The position numbers and the translations under genes are program-made. A DNA stretch of 64,000 nt, from the NCBI GenBank assembly GCA_050298595.1, contig JBNKUM010000085.1:64001-128000 (forward strand), read 5' to 3'. This document shows, piece by piece, positions 28,484 through 41,138 of this stretch (within the stretch, counting starts at the first letter, position 1; each line of letters opens with the position of its first letter). The notes below the pieces were generated by a model. The model searched no databases, was not told the origin of the DNA, and worked only from the letters and a program-made list of their open reading frames with translations. The stretch comes from Gammaproteobacteria bacterium (lineage in GTDB: Bacteria; Pseudomonadota; Gammaproteobacteria; GCA-001735895).

Positions 28484-28744
28484 TTACATTGCCTTGATCT
28501 GAGCATTTAGACGGCTCTTATGACGAGCTGCCTTGTTCTTATCGATCAAACCATGTTGCGCTGAGCGATCCAGTACAGGAACCGCTTTCTTATAAGCAGA
28601 TTCAGCGGCAGTTTTGTCGCTGCTGGCAATCGCGTTAACTACAGCCTTAAGATAGGTACGCATCATTGAACGACGACTAGCGTTGTTTTTACGACGGACT
28701 TCTGCCTGACGGGCGCGTTTTTTAGCTGATTGGATGTTGGCCAA
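28484..28744 (-). CDS. rpsT: 30S ribosomal protein S20
   Basis: (M)[33 protein letters not shown]; TTG start with RBS AGGAG. Confidence 0.96.
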   Translation of the reverse strand: MANIQSAKKRARQAEVRRKNNASRRSMMRTYLKAVVNAIASSDKTAAESAYKKAVPVLDRSAQHGLIDKNKAARHKSRLNAQIKAM

Positions 28745-28895
28745 GAGTATCTCCTGAATTCTGCTGTGCAAAAATAAGGCGCGCATTATCTTTACCTGCG
28801 AGCCTGTTGTCAACCGTAAAAAACTAATACGGCGTTAAATTCGGTGATAAAATGCCGCGTTTTTATCTATTCCATGCAATTTACCGAGTAAAAGA

Positions 28896-30446
28896 TTGAG
28901 CGGGCTAATCAAATCTACCTTTTCTGTGGGCTCCATGACCCTGTTATCCAGAGTACTGGGGCTGGCCAGGGATATTATCATTGCGCGCTTTTATTCGGCT
29001 GGGCTGGAGGCTGACGCCTTCTTTGTCGCGTTTAAAATCCCTAACTTCATGCGTCGCCTGTTCGCTGAAGGGGCTTTCTCGCTGGCCTTCGTGCCGGTAC
29101 TCACCGAGTATAAAAACACCCGTACATTAGATGAATGTCGAAACCTGATAAATCAGATCAGCGGCACCCTGGGTTTATTACTGATTGCGATTATGACCAT
29201 AGGGGTTGTGGCTTCTCCCGCTCTGGTTTACGTGGTTGCCGCTGGTTTTGTCAAACAGCCAGAGAAGTTCCAGCTTACCGCTGATCTGCTGCGCATGACC
29301 TTTCCTTATATATTTCTGATCTCCATGACTGCAATGGCCGGTGGCATTTTGAATACCTGGAAAAAGTTTGCTGCACCCGCGTTTACTCCGGTATTACTCA
29401 ATCTAAGCCTGATTGGCTGTACGCTATGGCTGGCACCTGTTATGGATATTCCGGTACACGCCTTGGGCTGGGGAGTGTTAATCGCCGGTGTTGTTCAGCT
29501 CAGCTTCCAGTTGCCTTTCTTATATAAGCTCGAACTACTACCCAGGCCCGTATGGGCATGGCATCAGCCCGGCGTTCAAAAGGTCATCAAACTGATGATT
29601 CCCGCACTATTCGGCTCATCGGTAGCGCAGATAAATTTATTGTTCGATACCTTTATTGCTTCCTTTCTGGTCACCGGCTCAGTGTCCTGGCTGTATTACT
29701 CGGACCGCCTACTGGAATTCCCATTGGGTGTGTTTGGTATCGCTCTGGCAACCGTGGTGTTACCCAATCTGTCTGAATCGCACTTTAGTCAGGGCAAGGA
29801 TCATTTCAACGGCATTCTGAACTGGGCGGCTCAGCTTTCGCTGATGATCTCCTTGCCCGCCGCAATCGGACTGATGTTACTCGCGCAACCTATCCTTGCC
29901 ACACTATTCCAGTATGGAGCATTCGATGAATCAGATACCTTAATGTCGAGCATGAGTCTGATGGCCTACAGCCTTGGCCTGCCGGCATTTATTCTGATCA
30001 AGATTCTGGCGAATGCCTTTTACTCACGGCAGGATAGCAAAACACCGGTTCGCATAGGTATTTTTGCCATGCTGGTGAATATGGTGCTGAACGTCATCTT
30101 CGTGCTGTTACTGATGAACTACAGCGAGATACCTGCACATGTCGGGCTGGCACTTGCCACCACCGGTTCAGCCTACTGTAATGCCGGGCTACTAGCCTAT
30201 AGCCTGAGGAAACAGCAATATCTAACCTTAAGTCGAAGCTTTTTGATCACCGTACTGAAGGTTCTGCTTGCTACTGCAGGCATGGCACTGCTACTGTTTT
30301 ACATCGCTGCCGATAGCGCGCAGTGGTCACAGTGGCTGTGGGCTCAAAGGTTGCTACATTTATGCCTGTTGATTATCCCCGCCATCTTGTGCTACACCCT
30401 GCTACTCTGGATAATGGGAATTCGTCGTTCCCATCTAGTACATTAA
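28896..30446 (+). CDS. murJ: Lipid II flippase MurJ
   Basis: TLLSRVLGLARD, AFKIPNFMRRLFAEGAF, DRLLEFPLG; divergent from rpsT. Confidence 0.95.
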   Translation: MSGLIKSTFSVGSMTLLSRVLGLARDIIIARFYSAGLEADAFFVAFKIPNFMRRLFAEGAFSLAFVPVLTEYKNTRTLDECRNLINQISGTLGLLLIAIMTIGVVASPALVYVVAAGFVKQPEKFQLTADLLRMTFPYIFLISMTAMAGGILNTWKKFAAPAFTPVLLNLSLIGCTLWLAPVMDIPVHALGWGVLIAGVVQLSFQLPFLYKLELLPRPVWAWHQPGVQKVIKLMIPALFGSSVAQINLLFDTFIASFLVTGSVSWLYYSDRLLEFPLGVFGIALATVVLPNLSESHFSQGKDHFNGILNWAAQLSLMISLPAAIGLMLLAQPILATLFQYGAFDESDTLMSSMSLMAYSLGLPAFILIKILANAFYSRQDSKTPVRIGIFAMLVNMVLNVIFVLLLMNYSEIPAHVGLALATTGSAYCNAGLLAYSLRKQQYLTLSRSFLITVLKVLLATAGMALLLFYIAADSAQWSQWLWAQRLLHLCLLIIPAILCYTLLLWIMGIRRSHLVH

Positions 30447-30465
30447 TTATTAAGCCTTCCAACGC

Positions 30466-31413
30466 ATGAAATTAATTCGAGGATTACATAACCTGACCAA
30501 CCCATTACCGAGCTGCGTAGCCACTATTGGCAATTTTGACGGGCTGCATCTGGGGCATCAGCATGTCATAAACCAGCTTAAAACAGTCGCTGAAATCAAG
30601 AACCTGCCGACCGTAGTGGTGGTGTTTGAACCACAACCGGTTGAGTTTTTTGCCCCTGAGCAGGCACCCTTGCGCCTGGCGCGTTTCCGCGACAAAATCA
30701 TCCGCATGGGAGACATGGGTATAGACTACATGATCTGCCTGCATTTCAATCAGCAACTGGCTAATCTGAGCGCTGAACAATTCGTCAGCGATATTCTGGT
30801 AAAGCGGATGAATATCCGACACCTGGTGATTGGCGATGATTTTCGTTTCGGCAAGGATCGTAGCGGTGACTTTAATTATCTGCGTGAACGCGGTCATCAG
30901 CATCACTATGAAGTAGAAAATACACACACGCTTCTTATGGATGGTGAGCGTGTCAGCAGCACCCGCATTCGAGAATGCCTTGCAAAAGACGATATGTTAT
31001 GTGCTCGCCAGTTACTGGGGCGTCCCTACACCTTATCGGGCAAGGTCGCGCATGGGAAACAGCTCGGACGGCAACTGGGATTTCCAACCATTAATATAAA
31101 AACCGGCAATCGCCCTATCGCCGTGCATGGAATATTTGCGGTCTTGGTCAAAGGGTTGGATAATCGCATACTGCGTGGCGTGGCCAGCATAGGCACACGC
31201 CCCACAGTAAATGGTGTAGGAACCATTCTGGAAGTTCACATCCTGAATTTTTCCGAACAGATATACGGTCGTAGTGTGGATATTGAAATACTGCATAAAC
31301 TACGCAACGAACAGAAATTCGATTCATTAAATGCCCTGACGGTTCAAATCAATCAGGACATCAATGAAGCAAAAACCTTTTTTGAAGATAACGAGATACT
31401 GGAAACAAAGTGA
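30466..31413 (+). CDS. ribF: Riboflavin kinase / FAD synthetase
   Basis: [40 protein letters not shown]. Confidence 0.96.
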   Translation: MKLIRGLHNLTNPLPSCVATIGNFDGLHLGHQHVINQLKTVAEIKNLPTVVVVFEPQPVEFFAPEQAPLRLARFRDKIIRMGDMGIDYMICLHFNQQLANLSAEQFVSDILVKRMNIRHLVIGDDFRFGKDRSGDFNYLRERGHQHHYEVENTHTLLMDGERVSSTRIRECLAKDDMLCARQLLGRPYTLSGKVAHGKQLGRQLGFPTINIKTGNRPIAVHGIFAVLVKGLDNRILRGVASIGTRPTVNGVGTILEVHILNFSEQIYGRSVDIEILHKLRNEQKFDSLNALTVQINQDINEAKTFFEDNEILETK

Positions 31414-34250
31414 CTGATTACAAATCGACCCTGAATCTGCCCGATACCGGCTTCCCCATGCGTGGGAACTTGGCCAAGAATGAACCCGCGCGGTTGAAAA
31501 ACTGGCAGGATAAAGGCCTGTATCAGCGAATTAGGGAATCTCGTAAAGGGCAAACGCCCTTTATACTGCACGATGGCCCCCCTTACGCGAATGGTGATAT
31601 CCATATCGGGCATGCAGTCAACAAGATCCTAAAGGATATGATCGTTAAGGCGCGCACGCTAAATGGTAACGATGCACCCTATGTACCCGGTTGGGATTGC
31701 CACGGTCTGCCCATCGAACACGCAGTAGAAAAAGAAATCGGTAAGGCTGGTATTGCAGTCGAGCCCGATCAATTCCGTCAGGCCTGCCGTGACTTTGCTA
31801 AAAAGCAGATTGAAAAGCAGAAAACCGATTTCATCCGCCTGGGCATTCTGGGCGACTGGGATAACCCCTACCTGACCATGAACTTCGCCACCGAAGCCAA
31901 CATTATCCGTTCGTTGGGCAAAATCATCGAAAACGGACATCTGCACAAGGGTGAAAAACCCGTGCACTGGTGTACCGATTGTGGATCTGCACTGGCTGAG
32001 GCCGAAGTAGACTATAAGGATAAAACCTCATGCGCCATCGACGTTAAGTTTCTGGTAGAAGATGAGAAAGCTTTTATTGAATGTTTTCATAACGTGCCCG
32101 ACTATCATGGTGAAGGCCCACTATCTGTAGTCATCTGGACCACTACACCCTGGACCCTGCCTGCTAATCTTGCGGTTTCCTTACACCCTGATTTTGAATA
32201 CGTAATTGTCGAAGTCACTACGGAAGAAGGCAAACAGCGACTGGTACTGGCTGAAGATCTGCTTAAAGACTGTATGGCTCGATATGCCATTGAAGACTAT
32301 AAAGTCATCGCTTACGGCACCGGTAGTGCGCTGGAAAACCAGACCCTGAAACACCCATTCTATGATCGTGAATCCTTAATCATTATTGGTGATCATGTCA
32401 CGCTGGAAGCCGGTACTGGAGCCGTACACACAGCCCCTGGTCATGGTCAGGATGACTTTATCATAGGCCAGAAATATGGCCTGGAGCCCTATAACCCAGT
32501 GGGTGATAATGGCTGTTTTCTACCCAATACCGAACTCTTCGCCGGAGAGCATGTATTCAATGCCAACGATCATGTGGTTGAGGTATTGCAGGAGCATAAC
32601 GCACTGATGCATACGGAAAAACTTCTGCATAGCTACCCTCACTGCTGGCGTCATAAAACCCCTATCATCTTCCGTGCTACCCCGCAGTGGTTTATCAGTA
32701 TGGAGAAAGAAGGTCTGCGTCAGACCGCTCTTGATGAAATCAAGAATGTACAGTGGATTCCTGACTGGGGTCAGGCACGTATCACCGGTATGATCGCCAA
32801 CCGTCCTGACTGGTGTATCTCGCGTCAGCGTTTCTGGGGTGTGCCCATTCCCTTATTTATTCATAAACAGACCCAGCAGTTGCATCCAGACACTTCAGCG
32901 TTGATTGAAAAGGTCGCGTTACAGATGGAACAGAAAGGTATTGCTGCCTGGTTTGATCTAGATACTACTGAACTACTGGGCGAGGATGAAGAGAACTACA
33001 GCAAGACTACCGATACACTGGATGTATGGTTTGACTCGGGTAGCACTCATTTCAGTGTCATGCATAACGATGACCGTTTTCACTTCCCTGCTGACATGTA
33101 TCTGGAAGGTTCCGACCAGCACCGTGGCTGGTTCCATAGCTCACTGCTCACCTCCTGCGCAATGAATGGAGTCGCACCATACAAGCAGGTGCTGACACAT
33201 GGCTTTACCGTTGATGCCAAAGGCATGAAGATGTCCAAGTCGGTGGGTAACGTGGTCGCGCCACAGAAAGTCTTCAACTCGCTGGGGGCCGATATCCTGC
33301 GCCTCTGGGTTGCCTCTACCGATTATTCCGGTGAGATGAGCATCTCGGATGAAATCCTCAAACGCACCTCCGATTCCTATCGCCGTATCCGCAACACCCT
33401 GCGCTTTCTGCTGGCCAACATGAATGGTTTTGAACCCACACAGCACATGGTAGATAAGGACCAGCTATTGTCACTGGATCACTGGGTGGTGGCACAGACT
33501 CTGCAACTGCAGGATGAACTCAGGCAATTGTTTGATAGTTACCAATTTCATATAGCGATGCAGAAGATCACCTTCTTCTGCTCTGAAACTCTTAGTGGTT
33601 TCTATCTGGATGTCATCAAGGATCGGCAGTACACAACACAGGCAGACTCACTGCCGCGTCGATCCTGCCAGAGCGCCATGTACCATGTTGCGGAAGCGAT
33701 GACACGCTGGATTGCGCCCATCCTGAGTTTTACTGCCGATGAGGTCTGGGAAAACCTGCCCGGCGAGCATGCTGAACTGGGCGTGTTTACCGCCACCTGG
33801 TATGAAGGTCTATTCGACTTCCAGGATTCCGAACTGGGCGATGAAGTTTGGACTCAGCTATTGGCTATTCGCGAACAGAATACTTTAGTGCTGGAAAAGC
33901 TACGTCAGGATGGAAAGATTGGTTCGTCACTGGATGCGGAAGTGACCATTTACTGCGACGATGGCCTCTTGCGCTCGTTGGAGATGCTAAGCGAAGAGCT
34001 GCGCTTTATCCTCATTACATCAGAAGCCACCCTTGCCAAGCTTGAAGAGGCACCAAATGACGTCGTCATGGTTTCATTGCAAGGTGACAGCCATGAGTTC
34101 GCGATACAGGCTACCCCCAGTGAGCATGCCAAATGCGTGCGTTGCTGGCACCATCGCCCAGAAGTCGGCAGCATTAAAAAGCACCCAGAACTATGCGGTC
34201 GCTGTGTAGACAATGTCGACGGTGAGGGTGAAACACGCCAGTATGCTTAA
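31410..34250 (+). CDS. ileS: Isoleucine-tRNA ligase
   Basis: [27 protein letters not shown]-terminal Zn finger. Confidence 0.97.
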   Translation: MTDYKSTLNLPDTGFPMRGNLAKNEPARLKNWQDKGLYQRIRESRKGQTPFILHDGPPYANGDIHIGHAVNKILKDMIVKARTLNGNDAPYVPGWDCHGLPIEHAVEKEIGKAGIAVEPDQFRQACRDFAKKQIEKQKTDFIRLGILGDWDNPYLTMNFATEANIIRSLGKIIENGHLHKGEKPVHWCTDCGSALAEAEVDYKDKTSCAIDVKFLVEDEKAFIECFHNVPDYHGEGPLSVVIWTTTPWTLPANLAVSLHPDFEYVIVEVTTEEGKQRLVLAEDLLKDCMARYAIEDYKVIAYGTGSALENQTLKHPFYDRESLIIIGDHVTLEAGTGAVHTAPGHGQDDFIIGQKYGLEPYNPVGDNGCFLPNTELFAGEHVFNANDHVVEVLQEHNALMHTEKLLHSYPHCWRHKTPIIFRATPQWFISMEKEGLRQTALDEIKNVQWIPDWGQARITGMIANRPDWCISRQRFWGVPIPLFIHKQTQQLHPDTSALIEKVALQMEQKGIAAWFDLDTTELLGEDEENYSKTTDTLDVWFDSGSTHFSVMHNDDRFHFPADMYLEGSDQHRGWFHSSLLTSCAMNGVAPYKQVLTHGFTVDAKGMKMSKSVGNVVAPQKVFNSLGADILRLWVASTDYSGEMSISDEILKRTSDSYRRIRNTLRFLLANMNGFEPTQHMVDKDQLLSLDHWVVAQTLQLQDELRQLFDSYQFHIAMQKITFFCSETLSGFYLDVIKDRQYTTQADSLPRRSCQSAMYHVAEAMTRWIAPILSFTADEVWENLPGEHAELGVFTATWYEGLFDFQDSELGDEVWTQLLAIREQNTLVLEKLRQDGKIGSSLDAEVTIYCDDGLLRSLEMLSEELRFILITSEATLAKLEEAPNDVVMVSLQGDSHEFAIQATPSEHAKCVRCWHHRPEVGSIKKHPELCGRCVDNVDGEGETRQYA

Positions 34251-34731
34251 GTATCTATGGATCAGTGTGCTGGTCATTATTGCAGACCAGCTCACAAAAT
34301 GGCTGGCTAACACCCAACTTGAATACCACCAGGCCGTCACTGTGCTACCTTATTTCGAGTGGTTTCTATCCTACAACCCTGGCGCTGCTTTCAGCTTTCT
34401 GTCCGATGCGGGCGGCTGGCAGCGCTGGTTTTTTACTGTGCTAGCTATAGTCATCAGCATCGCACTGTTTGTGTGGATCAAAAAGCTAAGCAACAACGAA
34501 AAGCTTACCGCTATTGCCTTAACACTGATATTGGGTGGCGCTATAGGCAACTTAATCGATCGTGTTCTTTACGGCTATGTCATCGATTTCATTCAGGTAT
34601 GGCTAGGCAGTTATGCCTGGCCGGCTTTTAATATCGCCGACTCAGCTATCTCAGTCGGTGCAGTGGTACTGCTGACAGCAGGCATACTTAGCCCCTATCT
34701 GGATAATACCGATGAAAAAAATCACGCCTGA
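34243..34731 (+). CDS. lspA: Lipoprotein signal peptidase
   Basis: [27 protein letters not shown]; start taken at ATG 34243. Confidence 0.95.
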   Translation: MLKYLWISVLVIIADQLTKWLANTQLEYHQAVTVLPYFEWFLSYNPGAAFSFLSDAGGWQRWFFTVLAIVISIALFVWIKKLSNNEKLTAIALTLILGGAIGNLIDRVLYGYVIDFIQVWLGSYAWPAFNIADSAISVGAVVLLTAGILSPYLDNTDEKNHA

Positions 34732-35164
34732 TAGTATCGTCACCCTGCACTATCAGCTTGGTTATACAGACGGTAGCCTGCTGGAAGACACCTTCGATCA
34801 GGAGCCCATGACATTTCGACTGGGCACTGGCGAATTAGCAGAAGGACTGGAACTGTCTTTAATGGACTTATGTGAAGGTGAAGAACAGACCCTGGACATC
34901 GGCCCCGATCTTGCGTTTGGATATACCGATCAGGCAATGATCCAGCAGTTGCAAAGGGATGAGTTTGCCGAAGATTTTGAGCTGGAAGCAGGCTTGATTA
35001 TAGAGTTCAGCACCCCTGGCGGCGAGACCATTCCCGGCACAATTCTTGAGTTTGATGATAAAAAGGTAAAGGTCGACTTCAATCATCCTCTGGCCGGGCA
35101 TGTGGTTAGATACCGGGTCAAGATCGTGCAGATTGAAACCCCCTCCATGGAAACCATTAACTGA
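34712..35164 (+). CDS. fkpB: FKBP-type peptidyl-prolyl isomerase (FkpB/SlpA)
   Basis: [19 protein letters not shown]; between lspA and ispH. Confidence 0.88.
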   Translation: MKKITPDSIVTLHYQLGYTDGSLLEDTFDQEPMTFRLGTGELAEGLELSLMDLCEGEEQTLDIGPDLAFGYTDQAMIQQLQRDEFAEDFELEAGLIIEFSTPGGETIPGTILEFDDKKVKVDFNHPLAGHVVRYRVKIVQIETPSMETIN

Positions 35165-36099
35165 TGCAAATCCTGCTCGCTAATCCGCGTGGATTTTGTG
35201 CCGGAGTGGATCGAGCAATCGATATCGTCGAGCGAGCACTCGAATTATTCGGCGCACCTATCTATGTACGTCATGAAGTCGTGCATAACCGCTATGTAGT
35301 TGACGACCTGAAAAACAAAGGTGCCATATTCGTTGATGAATTGGATCAAATCCCCGATGATCAATATGTCATCTTCAGCGCGCACGGGGTTTCCCGCGCG
35401 GTACAGGATCAGGCCAGACAACGTGGCCTCAAGGTATTTGATGCCACCTGCCCACTGGTAACCAAGGTTCACCTTGAGGTATCTCGATATAGTCTGCAAG
35501 GTATAGAAACTATTCTTATAGGTCATAAAGGACATCCTGAGGTTGAAGGCACCATGGGACAATACGATCATAGTCACCGGGGAAACATCTATCTGGTAGA
35601 GTCCGTTGAGGACGTATCCCAGCTAAAGATTAACAACCCGCAACAGCTCAGGTTTGTCACTCAGACCACGCTCTCTATGGACGATACAAGCAGAGTGATA
35701 GATGCATTACACAAAAATTTTCCGTCCATTAAGGGACCGAAGAAAGACGATATCTGTTATGCCACTCAGAATCGTCAGGATGCCGTTAAAAAGCTAACCG
35801 AAGACTGTGATTTAATCCTGGTCGTTGGTTCACGCAATAGCTCTAACTCAAACCGCCTGCGTGAAATCGCGCAAAACCACCAGATTGATGGCTACCTGAT
35901 TGACGGCGCTGAAGACATAAACCCCGAGTGGCTTAGCGGTAAAAAACGCATTGGTGTAACCGCTGGCGCATCAGCGCCTGAATTACTGGTTAAAGGTGTT
36001 ATCGATTTTCTATGCGGACTGGAACAATTTGAAGTGAAGTCACTGGGGTTCACCGAGAATGTTACTTTTCAATTACCAAAAGAATTACGCAGAGACTAA
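35164..36099 (+). CDS. ispH: 4-hydroxy-3-methylbut-2-enyl diphosphate reductase
   Basis: [29 protein letters not shown]. Confidence 0.97.
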   Translation: MQILLANPRGFCAGVDRAIDIVERALELFGAPIYVRHEVVHNRYVVDDLKNKGAIFVDELDQIPDDQYVIFSAHGVSRAVQDQARQRGLKVFDATCPLVTKVHLEVSRYSLQGIETILIGHKGHPEVEGTMGQYDHSHRGNIYLVESVEDVSQLKINNPQQLRFVTQTTLSMDDTSRVIDALHKNFPSIKGPKKDDICYATQNRQDAVKKLTEDCDLILVVGSRNSSNSNRLREIAQNHQIDGYLIDGAEDINPEWLSGKKRIGVTAGASAPELLVKGVIDFLCGLEQFEVKSLGFTENVTFQLPKELRRD

Positions 36100-36149
36100 G
36101 CTCAACCTGCTCATTTTGACTCATCAAGAGTAATTTCAAAGCACGATAA

Positions 36150-38087
36150 TCACCCGCCCGATATCTGCCCCATAGCCTCCACGCAAGCACTCAGTACCTG
36201 AGGGAAAGGCTGATCAGACAATGCGCCGAAGTCGGGGTGTTTCAACGACCCGGCTCTCGACAGACGGGGGCTGGTGATACCACATAGAAAGCGTGCCAGT
36301 TGACGTGGTCGCTCGATCACTTCGGGACATCGCCGATAGTACCCAGCGAAGCTGCGGCTATCCACGTCCTGGTATTCCGATGTAGGCAACTGCGAGGCCG
36401 CTTTTCCACGGCAATGACTGCAATGTCCGCAAGCCTGTGGCCGTTGTTCACCGAAATACGCCATTAGCGCATTACTATAACAGCTGTCACTTTCAACCCA
36501 TCGACAGACTTCCTGCAACCGGTCGATTTCGCGTTGCTCACGTCGAGCGAAGAGTTTGAACATTTTTTCACACAAGGCATCGTTGTCAATATTGCTGTCC
36601 ATACGACGATATCCCTGGCGTACACCGCTTAGTGATAACTCGATCAATCCTTTTTCTTCCAGATAGTTTAGCGCCTTAACGATGCGCAGCCGTTCTTCTC
36701 CGAGAGCTTCGGCAACTTCCCTAGGTTTGACTGTCAGCCACTTTCTCCCTTTTTTACCAGCAGCGAACACAGTCCGTAAAAAATCACTGCGGTTCTGATC
36801 GAAATGAGAAAAGATCGTTTCGGCTGGTTCGAGAAACTGGATTTTGTAGTCAGTGTAGAACACCGCCGTAGCCTGGATAATGCCATCCAGTTCGAGATAG
36901 GTCAGCAGAGTGGTAATGACCAACGGACGCATGTCGTATTGATAAGATAGCTCGTAGGCAGCCAGATCGAAGTCACCTGCCAGAGTCATTATCCATTCAA
37001 TACACTGGCTAAGCGATTCGCGCTCGGGAGTATCGCCGTAAACGAAATTCTGCAGCACCGTCAAATCATCTCCCGAGGGGATTAGCGTACATTGCGCGGA
37101 TTGGCCGTCGCGCCCGGCACGACCGATTTCCTGCATGTAGTTTTCCAGCGATTTGGGCAGGTTGTAATGTACAATAGCGCGGATATTGGCTTTGTCGATA
37201 CCCATGCCGAAGGCGATAGTGGCAACAACAATATCAACCTCTCCACGCATGAAGGCTTCCTGGATGGCATGACGTACATCATCCTTCAGCCCGGCATGAT
37301 AAGGCTGGGCTCGCAAGCCTGTTGTGCTCAACCGCTCTGCCACCTGCTCTGCGGTCTTCTGTAATGTGACATACACGATGCTCGGTTCCGCCCCGTGTTT
37401 CTGCTGGTGTCCGTTGAGCAGATTTTCGAGGTATTCATCGCGCTGTTCGATGGATTGTGGTGCGATATCGAGGTCGAGATTGGGGCGGTAAAACCCGGTA
37501 TGCATCCTGTCCTGCGCCTGAATGTCGAACTGTCGGCAGATATCGTCTGCCACCTCCGGTGTTGCTGTAGCGGTCAGAGCCAGCACACGTCCGACCCCCA
37601 GACTGCGGGAGAGAGGGGCCAGTTTCAGGTAATCAGGGCGAAAGTTATGCCCCCACTCTGAAATGCAGTGGGCCTCGTCTATAGCCATCATGGCAATTGG
37701 CAACTGTGACAACTGGATGATAAAGCGTTCGTTCTTGAAACGCTCCGGAGAAACGTATAGCAGCTTGAGTTGCCCGTCATGCAGTTGCCGCATGATATCC
37801 TGGGTTTGCGCAGGGTTCAGTGAAGAGTCAAGGCGTGCAGCAGGCAAGTGAAGCGCCTGCAACTGATCGATCTGGTCTTTCATCAAGGCGATCAATGGAG
37901 AGACGACCAGTGTTACCCCCCCCATCAACAACGCTGGTAATTGATAACACAGACTCTTGCCGCCACCAGTCGGAAAAATTGCCAGGGCCGAACGCCCTTC
38001 CAGCAAACTCTGGATGACCTGCTTCTGGCCAGGCCGAAACTCCTTGAAGCCAAAATGCCTGTCTAAGCTTTGTTCTAGAATATCCAT
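36150..38087 (-). CDS. RecQ-family ATP-dependent DNA helicase
   Basis: PTGGGKSLCYQ, DEAHCISEWGHNFRPDY, ATIAFGMGIDK, QEIGRAGRDG, CGHCSHC; start ATG 38087 with RBS GGAGAGG. Confidence 0.92.
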   Translation of the reverse strand: MDILEQSLDRHFGFKEFRPGQKQVIQSLLEGRSALAIFPTGGGKSLCYQLPALLMGGVTLVVSPLIALMKDQIDQLQALHLPAARLDSSLNPAQTQDIMRQLHDGQLKLLYVSPERFKNERFIIQLSQLPIAMMAIDEAHCISEWGHNFRPDYLKLAPLSRSLGVGRVLALTATATPEVADDICRQFDIQAQDRMHTGFYRPNLDLDIAPQSIEQRDEYLENLLNGHQQKHGAEPSIVYVTLQKTAEQVAERLSTTGLRAQPYHAGLKDDVRHAIQEAFMRGEVDIVVATIAFGMGIDKANIRAIVHYNLPKSLENYMQEIGRAGRDGQSAQCTLIPSGDDLTVLQNFVYGDTPERESLSQCIEWIMTLAGDFDLAAYELSYQYDMRPLVITTLLTYLELDGIIQATAVFYTDYKIQFLEPAETIFSHFDQNRSDFLRTVFAAGKKGRKWLTVKPREVAEALGEERLRIVKALNYLEEKGLIELSLSGVRQGYRRMDSNIDNDALCEKMFKLFARREQREIDRLQEVCRWVESDSCYSNALMAYFGEQRPQACGHCSHCRGKAASQLPTSEYQDVDSRSFAGYYRRCPEVIERPRQLARFLCGITSPRLSRAGSLKHPDFGALSDQPFPQVLSACVEAMGQISGG

Positions 38088-38103
38088 ATTCCTCTCCTGT
38101 TCG

Positions 38104-40019
38104 TTACTGTGTATCAGATAGCGCCAGCAGGCCTGCCATGCTTTGCGCCAGCTTATCGAGTGCCTCTTTTTCCCTGAATTTGACGGTGAGCTGGTAGCCG
38201 CCCTGATCATCAGGCACGATACAGTCCTCCAGGCTTTTTCTGAGCTTTGCGGTAAGTTCGCCAGGCTCCTGCGCTGGTTGGGGCAGCAGTTCATTCATAA
38301 ACTCGAATACAGCGCTTAGCATCTGACCGCCAGCCTCCGCGACGCGCTGCTGGCGTTCGAGTTGCTGTCCAGTTTCTCGTAGAGCGGATGCATCCACCGG
38401 GGCTTCAGGCACGGCCCCGAGCAGAATTTCCAGGCGCTGATTCAATTCGTCAAGACCGGAAGACAGATCCACCTGATCGATATCGGTATCTGGGTCGAGT
38501 GACGCTAGCGCCAACTGGTGTTTGGCGGAGAGTGTGCCCAGCATGCTCTCCTCAATGGTGCCTTCGGTGACCAGTATAAAGACCTGTACCGGGCGCTTCT
38601 GACCCATGCGGTCGGCACGCGCGATACGCTGTTCCAGCACAGCAGGGTTCCATGGCAGGTCGACATTGATGATGGTATTGGCCGCTTGCAGATTAAGACC
38701 GGTAGCAACGGCATTGCTGGCCATAAAAACCTGACAGCGCGCACCGGTCTGAAACTGGTTCACAAGTTGCTGGCGTTGCTTCTGCGGCACGGAGCCATCC
38801 AGACGCACGAACCCCAGCCCTGCCTCCCTCACAAGCGGTTCAATCAGATCCAGCATGGTGGTCCATTCGGAAAACAGTACGATCTTGCGTTCGTCCTCAG
38901 CGCCCAGGGTCATCAACAGATTACGTAATTCGTCCAGCTTGCTGGAATAGCCGGGTGCCTGTTTGTCGATCTGGTAGGTGCTGTCAGCTGCCATGCGGCA
39001 CATCAGCAGCGCTTTTTGCAGACGCAGTAGATCCATTTCGCTGATATAACGTTTTTGCAGGATGGCACTGACCGTGCGTCTATGACCATCGTGCAGCTCG
39101 AGTTGCTCTTCGGTCGGTGTAATGCGAATAACTTCATTATGCCGAGGGGGTAATTGCTGCATGACTGAGGCACGGGTACGACGTAACAAAATCGGTTCGA
39201 GGCGTTTGCGTATGGCAGAGAGATTTTTGTACCCGACGACCTTGCCCTTCTCATCCAGTACACGGTGACTGTTAAAAAAGCGGTAGGCCGGCCCCAGGCG
39301 TCTGTCATCGACGAATTCGACCACCGAATACAAATCGTCGAGCCGGTTCTCCAACGGCGTACCCGATAAAACCAGGGCAAAGCGAGAATGCAATGACTTG
39401 ATCGCCTGCGAGGTTTTCGCCTCCCAGTTCTTGATGCGCTGGCCCTCGTCGAGAATGATCAAATCCCATTGCTGTGCTGAAACCGTACCGATATCGCGCA
39501 GGATTTGTACGTAGTTGCACAGCGTGAAAAAGGCACCACTCGTGTATTGCGCGGTGCGTTCCTGCGCAGAGCCAATGACAATTTGCGCATCACGCTCACA
39601 GAATTTGTAGATTTCCTCACGCCACTGAGATTTCAGCGAGGTCGGCATAATGACCAGAACCCGTTGTATCCCGGCTTCTCGTGCCAGCCATTCAGCCACG
39701 CCGATACCCTGGATGGTCTTACCCAGGCCCATATCGTCAGCAAGGATGGCTCCACCTGCACCAACCGCAAACGCGATACCGTATCGCTCAGAAACAGCGT
39801 CACCGATGCTCGAGCTCCTAGACTCAGGGACAGCTGTTTACTGCCGAAATCCACCTGCTTGTCTATATCGATTTCATAAGCGCCGCCGCTACGTAGCAAC
39901 GCCGCACCATCAGCCCTCAGTCGCTTGATCGCCTGCTGGTAGGTCAATCTGGACAGCCTGTCGCGGAGGGTTAGATCTGATGTGGCTTTAACTTGCATGG
40001 TATTTTTTAAAGCGCTCAT
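38104..40019 (-). pseudogene. SNF2-family helicase, internally deleted and frameshifted
   Basis: Helicase core (ADDMGLGKT, DEGQ, SGTPLEN, DLPWNP) in frame up to ~39780 without its own N-terminus; the family-like N-terminus (LTLRDRLSRLTY..GGAYEID) is in another frame at 39781-40019. Confidence 0.72.
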
Positions 40020-40207
40020 TACGATATTGTTGTATTTTTATTTGCAGCCCAGAATGGGCTGAAGTTTAGCGAAAATCCGGCTACAGGTATAGCAGGGGGG
40101 GTGAGGGAATGCTGTCAAAAAAGAGGTCAGAGAGTCAAATGCAGGGGCTTTGAGTATACCGGCTCGGAGCAGCATGTGTATCCAATCTCCTAGTAGGATA
40201 GCATGCT

Positions 40208-40834
40208 TCACTTTGCAGCTATCAACACCAAATTAAACGCCAGCATGATAAACACCACACTGACCAGGCGATTCATCAACCGTCTGCGTGATGGGGAATG
40301 TGTCAGCTTTTCACTATACACACCAGCCAGCATAGCAATGCAACCAAACACTAGTAAGGTCGAGACAATAAACAGAAAACCCAGAAACACGATTTGAAAA
40401 GTAACCGGCCAGCCATCCTGACTCACAAACTGAGGCAGGAAGGCAATAAAAAACAGGCCTACCTTGGGGTTGGTCAGGTTCATGATCACCCCTCTGAGAT
40501 AAAGTTTTCCGGGGCCAAGTTGAAGCTGTGGTTTCGCAGCGGAATCATCCGGTAATGCTGTCCAGCTTTGCCAGGCAAGATAGATCAGATAGGCAACCCC
40601 CAGCCATTTGATCATCTGAAAAAGTGTCGGAGAGGCTGCAAGTATCGCAGCGACTCCAAGCGCGACCATAGCGGTGTGTCCCAGTAAACCAGTGCATAAG
40701 CCCAGTGTCACCATCACACCGGATCTTTGCCCATAAGCCAGAGATTGCGAAAGTACGAATATGTTATCCGGGCCTGGCGTCAGCCCAAGCAATATTGACG
40801 CGATAAAAAATACGGAGAGTGTTTCAAATGGCAT
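40208..40834 (-). CDS. LysE/RhtB family translocator
   Basis: LTPGPDN, G..YL.YLAW, NLTNPKV..FF.AFLPQF. Confidence 0.9.
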   Translation of the reverse strand: MPFETLSVFFIASILLGLTPGPDNIFVLSQSLAYGQRSGVMVTLGLCTGLLGHTAMVALGVAAILAASPTLFQMIKWLGVAYLIYLAWQSWTALPDDSAAKPQLQLGPGKLYLRGVIMNLTNPKVGLFFIAFLPQFVSQDGWPVTFQIVFLGFLFIVSTLLVFGCIAMLAGVYSEKLTHSPSRRRLMNRLVSVVFIMLAFNLVLIAAK

Positions 40835-41138
40835 TAGAATAAACTTGAAATAAATCTCAACAACTATGGTATGTCGATTAAGAAAAAGAGCGTTAGTGTA
40901 ACCAGAAGAAATATAAATGGCAGCATATATCTGGCGTTCCTTTTTTCTGACTCAACCGATACTCAATATCATCAACCTGACGATGCATATCCCGCATCAC
41001 CTTTTTAGCGACTCGTCGGCGCACAATGTGATCAACCACTACCTAAAAACTGCTCTAAAACAAAGCTCACTCAGTTCAGTTAACGTTCATCAAGCATCGA
41101 TAGACTAGTCCCGAACCTAAACTAAACGGGAGTTCAAA

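Noticed and set aside
38088-38294. N-terminal extension of RecQ (714-aa ORF)
   Set aside because: Overlaps the SNF2 3' end; ATG 38087 has a strong RBS
40917-41108. 63-aa ORF upstream of the His-rich gene
   Set aside because: No clear RBS or recognisable features; probably promoter DNA
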